Shown here piece after piece: positions 57,401 through 64,000 of a DNA stretch of 64,000 bases; positions within the stretch are counted from its first letter, which is position 1, and every line of letters starts with the position of its first letter. The notes under the pieces are model-generated. The model was not told the DNA's origin. It did not search any database and saw nothing but the letters and a program-made list of their open reading frames with translations. The DNA is from a virus: the IMG/VR virus record IMGVR_UViG_3300028859_000017, positions 16,323 through 80,322 of that record, one strand, 5' to 3'. The translations under genes and the position numbers were made by a program.

Positions 57401-57544
57401 GTGCCATTTAAATCAGATAAGCAGCGAAAGTTCTTTAACATTAATAAAGGTAAGTTAGAGAACTCAGGTGTTAACGTTGAAGAATGGAATAAGTCTAGTA
57501 AGGGCAAGAAATTACCAAAAGTAGCACCCAACAAAAAGAAATAA
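57401..57544 (+). CDS. 47-aa basic protein with MPFKS start (not in ORF track)
   Basis: GTG start; MPFKSDKQRKFFNINKGKLENSGVNVEEWNKSSKGKKLPKVAPNKKK. Confidence 0.75.
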   Translation: MPFKSDKQRKFFNINKGKLENSGVNVEEWNKSSKGKKLPKVAPNKKK

Positions 57545-57573
57545 TAAATAGTTATCGATTTTGATTATATCTT

Positions 57574-57602
57574 AGAGACCCGTTAATTTGGGTCTCTTTT
57601 TT
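57574..57602 (+). terminator. intrinsic terminator
   Basis: AGAGACCC-GTTAATTT-GGGTCTCT-TTTTT. Confidence 0.88.
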
Positions 57603-57603
57603 G

Positions 57604-57630
57604 TAATTTTTTGTATGATTTGACCGATAC
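57604..57630 (+). promoter_or_regulatory. sigma28/FliA-like promoter of nrdJ
   Basis: TAATTTTT-N11-ACCGATAC directly after the terminator. Confidence 0.7.
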
Positions 57631-57699
57631 TCATTATTACATAAAATTGCTATTCCTGTGGCTAGGGTATCGCAATTAAATATACAGGAGTCGAAGCAC

Positions 57700-60294
57700 A
57701 TGCCAGAAGCACTAAATGACGAAGCATTACAGTATCTTCTAAATAAGAACGTAGCGGTAGAAACCGCTACAGCAGCACAATTATCAGATGCCGTAGCCTA
57801 TGGAGATTGTTATAAATGGTACATTGAGAATCAGAAAGTAATGCCGAATACTGCTGATTTAGCCTCTGCTATATTTATACAGAAGTATGCCTTACATGAT
57901 AATAGTGGAATTTGTCTTGAACAAACCCCAGAAGATATGTGGGATAGAATTGCTAAAGTTCTCGCTGAGGAAGAAGTAAAAACTAATCCAGATATATCAA
58001 AAACTTATGATTTTTGGTTTACTCAATTTAGAGATATTCTGACTAATTGGAAATATACTCCTCAGGGTTCTGGACTGTATTCTTTAGGTAATCCATATGT
58101 AAAAGCTTCAGCCAGTAATTGTTTTATTTTAGAAAAAATATCTGACAACCTTGATTCTATCTTCGATACAGCAAAGAATATGGCTAAGATATATGCAGCA
58201 AGAGGTGGTTGTGGTATAAACTTATCTAATCTGCGTCCAAGTGGCTCTCAAACTAACAATGCTGCCAAAAGTTCTACCGGGGCTTATAGTTTTTGCGACT
58301 TCTTCTCACATGTTACTGCTGCCATAGGACAATCAGGTAGGCGTGGTGCTTTAATGTGCTGCCTTGAAGTTCATCACCCAGACATTTTTAACTTTATACA
58401 GATGAAGCAGGATTTAGATAAGCAATGGTTTTTTAATGAGTTATCAGAATCTGGAATAGATATTAATAATTGGAAGTATTCTAGTATTGCTGATAGACTA
58501 AAATCAACTTCCCATGCTAATGTGTCAGTATTAGTAGATAACACTTTTATTAACGCAGTAGAAAATGACTTAGATTATGAACTTTGGTATGAGTTTGAGA
58601 ATAACCAATACCCTAGAATTTCAAAAACTGTAAAAGCTAAGGATATTTGGAGCAAACTTATAGAAGGAGCTACTAATTCAGCAGAACCTGGAATAATAAA
58701 TTTTGAGTTAGTAAAGAAAGAATCTCCCGCTGACTGTTATTCAGAGATTACTGATTATATTATTATTGATCCAATAACAAATACTACTAAGAATGTATCG
58801 TATTCCTTTGAGACTGTAGGTTTTAATCCTTGTGCTGAGGTTCCTGCTAGTAGAGATGATTCTTGTTGCTTAGGTACACATAACCTTACAGCATTTGTTA
58901 TTAGTCCATATAAAGACAATGCTACATTTCATTATACAGAATTTGAACGTGTTGTTAAGTTATCTACAAGAGCTCAGGACAATATTAAAAATATAGATAT
59001 AATGCTACTTCCATTAGAAGGATTACGCAATTCAGCTATATTAGGAAGACGTATTGGAATGGGCTGTACAGGGCTCGCAGACACGTTAGCAATGCTTGGG
59101 CTACGGTACGACTCTGAAGAAGCTATTGAGACTTCTAGACGTATTTATGAGCTATTAAGAGACTCTGTATATGCTTCTTCTGAACAGTTAGCTATTGAGA
59201 AGGGTGCTTTTCCTGCTTATGATGCTACTAAAGAAAATGGCCATGTATTTCTGTCAAGACTACCAAAAGAACTTCAAAATAAGCCACGAAGAAATATAGC
59301 TTGTTTAACCAGTGCTCCAAATGGTTCAATGTCAATATTGATGCGTAATACTTCTTCTGGATTAGAGCCAGTATTTGAAACTGAAGAGTATACTAGAAAT
59401 GTTAAAAAGCCAGGAACTAATGACTTTGTTCAATTCAAAGTAAAGCATCAAGCTATTGAGGATTGTATAAATGCAGGTGGTGACCCTTCTGTATTTGTTA
59501 AAGCAGGTAATATTAATGGTGATATGAGAATAAAACTTCAGGCAACTATTCAACTATATATTGACCATGCCATTAGTTCAACAATAAACCTACCCAAAGG
59601 AACTACACAAGAGACTGTTGGCAAGCTATATATGAGTGCCTTTAAAGCTGGATGCAAGGGACTTACCGTTTATGTTGATGAATGTCGTTCTGGAGTTTTG
59701 AATGTTATAAAAGAAGAGCCTAAAAATAAGCCAAATAAAAGTATAGAAAGACCAAAAACTACTGATGTTGATATATTTAAGACTCGTTATAAGGAAAAAT
59801 CTTATATGATTTTAGTAGGAAAAGCAGATAATATCCCCTGTGAGATTTTTGGCGGGGAAGAATCCGGTCTAAGTCTTCCAACTAAATATAAATCTGCTAC
59901 TTTAACTAAAAAATCGCGTGGTCATTACACTCTTCAAATCCAACTTTCAGACGACCCAGAAGATATTTTAAAGGTTAATAACTTAGGAAATCTATTTCCA
60001 GCAGGTGATGTTATAACTATAGCAAGAATGATTAGTATGTCACTACGAAATGGAATAGCAGTTTCTGAAATCGTAGAACAGCTAGCTAAGAGTGGGTCTT
60101 CATTATATGATGCCCCAACTGTGTTTGCTAGAGTTCTTAAAAACTATATTTCAGATGAGGAAGTTATAGCTAAAGAAAAAGCTAAAAATAAGCCATGCCC
60201 AGAATGTGGTTCTGAGTTACTCTATAAACGTGAGTCTGGATGTCTTACTGAGGTATGTTCTAGTTGTAATTACTCTAATTCAAAATGCGGTTAA
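57700..60294 (+). CDS. nrdJ: class II (B12-dependent) ribonucleotide reductase
   Basis: SNCF, GGCG.N.S.LRP, Q.GRRGA, EPG, NPCAE, RRIG.G..G, APNG, ISSTIN, KGLTVY; TSCPD-like and zinc-ribbon C-terminus; ATG 57700 with AGGAG SD. Confidence 0.93.
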   Translation: MPEALNDEALQYLLNKNVAVETATAAQLSDAVAYGDCYKWYIENQKVMPNTADLASAIFIQKYALHDNSGICLEQTPEDMWDRIAKVLAEEEVKTNPDISKTYDFWFTQFRDILTNWKYTPQGSGLYSLGNPYVKASASNCFILEKISDNLDSIFDTAKNMAKIYAARGGCGINLSNLRPSGSQTNNAAKSSTGAYSFCDFFSHVTAAIGQSGRRGALMCCLEVHHPDIFNFIQMKQDLDKQWFFNELSESGIDINNWKYSSIADRLKSTSHANVSVLVDNTFINAVENDLDYELWYEFENNQYPRISKTVKAKDIWSKLIEGATNSAEPGIINFELVKKESPADCYSEITDYIIIDPITNTTKNVSYSFETVGFNPCAEVPASRDDSCCLGTHNLTAFVISPYKDNATFHYTEFERVVKLSTRAQDNIKNIDIMLLPLEGLRNSAILGRRIGMGCTGLADTLAMLGLRYDSEEAIETSRRIYELLRDSVYASSEQLAIEKGAFPAYDATKENGHVFLSRLPKELQNKPRRNIACLTSAPNGSMSILMRNTSSGLEPVFETEEYTRNVKKPGTNDFVQFKVKHQAIEDCINAGGDPSVFVKAGNINGDMRIKLQATIQLYIDHAISSTINLPKGTTQETVGKLYMSAFKAGCKGLTVYVDECRSGVLNVIKEEPKNKPNKSIERPKTTDVDIFKTRYKEKSYMILVGKADNIPCEIFGGEESGLSLPTKYKSATLTKKSRGHYTLQIQLSDDPEDILKVNNLGNLFPAGDVITIARMISMSLRNGIAVSEIVEQLAKSGSSLYDAPTVFARVLKNYISDEEVIAKEKAKNKPCPECGSELLYKRESGCLTEVCSSCNYSNSKCG

Positions 60295-60295
60295 T

Positions 60296-61330
60296 GTGAA
60301 ATTAGAAGATCTATATAAATATCAGTTTGATAGTAATGTATCTCCAAAAAACAACATTATTGGTAAGGTTTTCGGGCAGCTAAAAATTTTAGACCTAGTT
60401 GGTAAATGTCTAAAAAATAAAAGTAGGGTCATTTATTATAAGGCACAGTGTTCTTGTGGTAATTTTACTCTAGTTTCTTCACAGGACCTAGTTAAAGGGG
60501 ATACTAAAAGTTGTGGATGTTTAAAAATTAAGTTAGCATCTAGTGATTTAGTAAATAAAAAATTTGGTAGATTGACTGCTTTAAATACAGTTCCTAGAAA
60601 AGAAAAAAATAAAAGTAATTTAGCTTATTGGAATTGCTTATGTGATTGTGGTAATTATCATATAGCTTCTTCTAGGTCATTAATTGATGGTCTTGTTACT
60701 AGTTGTGGATGTTTGTTAATAGAAAAACAAAAAATAAATTTTGAAAAAGTTAAAAGCATAGGCCAAGTTGAATATATAGAACCACTAAAACTACTTCAAT
60801 CAGGAAAAATTTTATGTTTGTGTCATGGGTGTAATAAATTGATAGAAAGAAAGGCATCTAGTTTAATAAGAATGGAAGTAAAATCTTGCGGCTGTAAGGC
60901 AAATGAATTAAAATCAAAGGCAGCCGGCGGGACAGGTAACTCTGGTGAAGTAGTAAAATTAAGTAGAATAATAAGAGAATACATAAGTGAGAAATGGACT
61001 AAAAAATTAAGACTTCTTTACGGCATTCAAGACACTTCTAAGGAGGTAATCCATCATCTGAATACGGTTTCTAATATCCTTATGAAGTTCAAAATAAAAA
61101 CAACAGAAGATTATATGGGCCTATCAGAAGAAACTTTACTGGCCTTAGAAAATGACTTATTAGATTATTCAAATGGCTTGCCTTTAATAATTGAATGGCA
61201 TAAGCAATTACATAAAGCTCTAGGATATAATCATACTAAAAAGCAATCATTAATTTGGATTAATAATAAAAGGAAAGAAAATGGTCTGTTATTCTTGACC
61301 TGGAATGAGCAACTTCAGAAGTATGAGTAG
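60296..61330 (+). CDS. zinc-module homing endonuclease (HNH-like C-terminus)
   Basis: 3x C.C.(C)G...SCGC modules like 19752..20822; VIHHL...WH..LH; GTG 60296 just after the nrdJ stop. Confidence 0.75.
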   Translation: MKLEDLYKYQFDSNVSPKNNIIGKVFGQLKILDLVGKCLKNKSRVIYYKAQCSCGNFTLVSSQDLVKGDTKSCGCLKIKLASSDLVNKKFGRLTALNTVPRKEKNKSNLAYWNCLCDCGNYHIASSRSLIDGLVTSCGCLLIEKQKINFEKVKSIGQVEYIEPLKLLQSGKILCLCHGCNKLIERKASSLIRMEVKSCGCKANELKSKAAGGTGNSGEVVKLSRIIREYISEKWTKKLRLLYGIQDTSKEVIHHLNTVSNILMKFKIKTTEDYMGLSEETLLALENDLLDYSNGLPLIIEWHKQLHKALGYNHTKKQSLIWINNKRKENGLLFLTWNEQLQKYE

Positions 61331-61435
61331 TGTTAAGCCCTATAATATAAATAAAGGATGAGGCTGTTTTATTGTATAAATATAGAATGTAATTAACTGT
61401 ATACTTAATATAAATTAATAACTGGAGACATTCTA

Positions 61436-63724
61436 ATGTCAGAACAACGCATAACTACACCAGGAATTATAACTACTAGTGTATCAACTCTTCCATTAAG
61501 AACTCCACTTCTTAATTTAGAATTAGATCAAAGCGCATCACCATCAAGTATAGCCAATCTATTAGCAATAGACACAGCAGTAGGACAAGCTGCTTTAGGT
61601 AATAGTGGTAGTGTATCTCCCATTCCTTCTAGTGTTGCTCTTAGAGACTCTAGTGGTAATTTAGCAGCTAATCAATTCAACGGTTCTGCTTTGGGATTAA
61701 CCGGTCTTACTTCAAACCAAATAACTAACGCATTAGGATTTACTCCATATAATACTTCTAATACTGCTGGTTATATAACCTCTTCTGCTCTGTCTTCCTA
61801 TGCAGTTTTAAATTCTTCCCCTACTTTTACAGGTTCTATTACTTGCTCTTCTATTATAACATCTGGGGCTAGTATTACCTCTAATACTATACCAGTAACT
61901 TCATTGAATGTAACAGGAACAGCTAGTAGTAGTACTTATTTAAGAGGAGACGGTAGCTGGAATACTGCCCCAGGTGCTGTTCCTTCAGCTATATCTTATA
62001 CTGCTACTGGAGGATCTACTTCATCCAGTCTTCAGTCTATTCTGGATACTAGTGGTGTAAATGTTATATCTTTTGGTGCTATTCCAAATAATCTTACCTT
62101 TGATCAATCAAGTGCTTTTAATAATGCCATTGCTTATGCTGTAGCACATGGTATAGGTAAGGTAATTGTTCCATGTGGTTATTATGCTTGTAATATATTA
62201 ATAACTCAAAATGGAGTATTACTAGAATGTGGGCAACCTCAGGACTGGTATACTCCAAAAGCCTATCTTACGGCTTGGACTTTATCTAGTCCAGTAATAC
62301 AGGTAGGAAACGATACTGGATTTGTTTATGGTGTATCCTTAAATAATGTGTGTCTTAATGGGAGCGGCCCTAATGGACAAGGAACACTTGGATTATTTTT
62401 GGGAGGTGGCTGTAATGGTATTAATATATCTAATTTTTCTTGCGAGAACTTTACCAGTGCTGGATTACTGATAGGTGGCTCTACTAATTACCAAGTAGAG
62501 TATATTAACTTTGCTAATTGTAATTTTTCTGGCCATTATACCCAAGCATATACTTCTATAATTACCGTAAATGCTGGAACTGGATCAGTATGGACTAGTG
62601 CTGTGTATTTATCAAATTGTAATTTAATAAGTAATACATATGGAACTTATAGTATATTATTAAATAGTTCCTCGCTTATTTGGAATGGAGGTTGGTTACA
62701 AATAGGATTAAATGGTATAACTATTACAGGGTCAGGTGGTGGAATTTCTGGATCAGGGACACAAATTGAATATGCTGCGGCCGGTGCTGCATTGGTTGTT
62801 CCTAGTGCTACCAATGTTTGTGTTTCTTCCTATATATCAGGAAATATAACCATAAATACCCTGGATTTATTAAAAGACTCAAATGGAGTTACACATGCTA
62901 TAAATCAACCAGGACTAGGCCCTAATTGTGAGATAGGAATGTTTTGTCATCATATAGGTCTACAGTATTTTACTGGATATAATGGTAATGGGGCCTCCTC
63001 TACAGATACTACTATGTATTTGAGTGGTGGATATAACAGCACTGGAAGTTTTGATATGGGAAATAATATTGGAACTTCAGTAAACACCAGATTACGTTCA
63101 GATGGTTCCTTTCTAGTTATGTCATCTGGAGGAACTCAGATGGTTGTTTCTCCAGTATCAAGTGCTACTAATTGGTTTGCTGTACAAGGCTCTAATGGAG
63201 GAGCTGTACAAATAGGAACTGCTAACAACTCAGAAAGCGGTTCAATCGGTTTAAATATAGTTACTCAGGGTGGTGGTGCTGTTCAAATAAGTGGTCATAC
63301 TATTTTAGCAACCTCCAGTGCTGTTACTTCCCATACATCTGCTGCCCCTACTGGAACTACCTTAACTACTGCTGTTATGATGGCAATTGGAGGAACTATT
63401 ACTCCAGTAAATTCAACAAGAGTAGAGGTAACTATTTGTGGTATGTTATCAAATACTACAGCAGGAGATGGAGCAACAGTAGATTTGAGATACGGTACAG
63501 GAACAGCACCCATAAATGGAGCAGCAGTTACAGGAACACTACTTGGTTTGTCAATAGGGCCAATAATTTCATCAGTGGCTGCTCAAAAAACCCCATTTAC
63601 TATTACATATAGTGCTACTGGATTAACTATTGCTACTGCTTATTGGATAGATTGTTCTTTGATGGCAGTTACTGGAGGTACCGCCTCTGTGTCAAATATC
63701 TCAATATCAGCAACAGAAATATAA
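61436..63724 (+). CDS. tailspike/fibre with pectate-lyase-like beta-helix
   Basis: ALGFTP and TYLRGDGSW fibre motifs; VNVISFGA...D.S.AFNNAI...V.VP.G.Y beta-helix start; GGAG SD; late-type motif at 61390. Confidence 0.8.
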   Translation: MSEQRITTPGIITTSVSTLPLRTPLLNLELDQSASPSSIANLLAIDTAVGQAALGNSGSVSPIPSSVALRDSSGNLAANQFNGSALGLTGLTSNQITNALGFTPYNTSNTAGYITSSALSSYAVLNSSPTFTGSITCSSIITSGASITSNTIPVTSLNVTGTASSSTYLRGDGSWNTAPGAVPSAISYTATGGSTSSSLQSILDTSGVNVISFGAIPNNLTFDQSSAFNNAIAYAVAHGIGKVIVPCGYYACNILITQNGVLLECGQPQDWYTPKAYLTAWTLSSPVIQVGNDTGFVYGVSLNNVCLNGSGPNGQGTLGLFLGGGCNGINISNFSCENFTSAGLLIGGSTNYQVEYINFANCNFSGHYTQAYTSIITVNAGTGSVWTSAVYLSNCNLISNTYGTYSILLNSSSLIWNGGWLQIGLNGITITGSGGGISGSGTQIEYAAAGAALVVPSATNVCVSSYISGNITINTLDLLKDSNGVTHAINQPGLGPNCEIGMFCHHIGLQYFTGYNGNGASSTDTTMYLSGGYNSTGSFDMGNNIGTSVNTRLRSDGSFLVMSSGGTQMVVSPVSSATNWFAVQGSNGGAVQIGTANNSESGSIGLNIVTQGGGAVQISGHTILATSSAVTSHTSAAPTGTTLTTAVMMAIGGTITPVNSTRVEVTICGMLSNTTAGDGATVDLRYGTGTAPINGAAVTGTLLGLSIGPIISSVAAQKTPFTITYSATGLTIATAYWIDCSLMAVTGGTASVSNISISATEI

Positions 63725-63802
63725 TTACTATTAATAACTAGTAAATATATAGGGAATATATAAACTGTCTGCTAGTCTGGAATAAGTAACTCCCTCTAAT
63801 AT

Positions 63803-63836
63803 AAATAAAGGACCTTATTACTGGTCCTTTATTTTT
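63803..63836 (+). terminator. intrinsic terminator
   Basis: AAATAAAGGACC-N8-GGTCCTTTATTT-TT. Confidence 0.85.
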
Positions 63837-64000
63837 ATATATTTATTTATATTTTACTATAGGGTAATAAGTCTATAATCTACACCAGCATTAAGACATT
63901 GAACAACACCAGCTGCCTCTAAATAATTTTCAACAAATATAATATTTTTATTATCAGGATATATTACATCTTTAAGACATGTAGTATTTTCTTTTACCAC

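Noticed and set aside
57658-60294. Intron or intein in nrdJ, terminase or uvsX
   Set aside because: The reading frames are continuous with motifs in order and show no splice-junction signatures
3919-63513. Antisense or overlapping short ORFs in the track (e.g. 3919..4233, 7111..8802, 24052..24684, 45147..48725, 57232..57534)
   Set aside because: Shadow ORFs opposite well-supported genes, with no SD or recognisable motifs
12761-63831. Identical TAAAGGACC/GGTCCTTTA stems at 12761 and 63806 as mobile-element ends
   Set aside because: Each is a self-contained terminator hairpin after a structural gene; no transposase or target duplication
1-64000. Stop-codon reassignment (TAG/TGA recoding) as seen in some large phages
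   Set aside because: Conserved genes are full length in the standard code and TAG is used as a real stop (e.g. terminase, dNMP kinase)
1-64000. tRNA or rRNA genes
   Set aside because: No cloverleaf or T-loop/D-loop pattern found in the few intergenic gaps

Overview
AT-rich 64-kb segment of a large T4-like (Tevenvirinae-related/jumbo) myovirus genome, standard genetic code, with no host genes, tRNAs or CRISPR arrays seen. The left arm (1-38.5 kb, minus strand) carries tail/baseplate genes, sheath, tube, dNMP kinase, the head module (gp23, gp22, gp21, gp20), terminase, an intein-containing DNA methyltransferase, a gp55-like sigma factor, UvsX and gp32. The right arm (38.8-64 kb, plus strand) carries an RNase H/5'-3' exonuclease with a degenerate paralogue, primase, large probable head-internal proteins, a Cas4-like nuclease, a spanin-like plus Tlde1 (DUF2778) lysis pair, three tiny lysine-rich genes missed by the ORF track, a class II ribonucleotide reductase and a beta-helix tailspike. 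Main observations: (1) about 12 sigma28/FliA-like promoters (TAAA-N15-GCCGATAA type) precede replication and nucleotide-metabolism genes and the late sigma gene, while a separate (T/G)AATTAANT motif precedes structural genes, suggesting a two-tier sigma cascade; (2) a family of free-standing endonucleases built from tandem ~60-aa zinc repeats that vary mainly in a putative recognition helix, resembling natural modular zinc-finger nucleases; (3) two abutting GAA-triloop hairpins at the strand-switch point, a candidate origin; (4) shared N-terminal leaders resembling prohead-protease cleavage sites on late-expressed orphan proteins. Protein assignments rest on motifs and synteny recognised by eye; no database searches were run.
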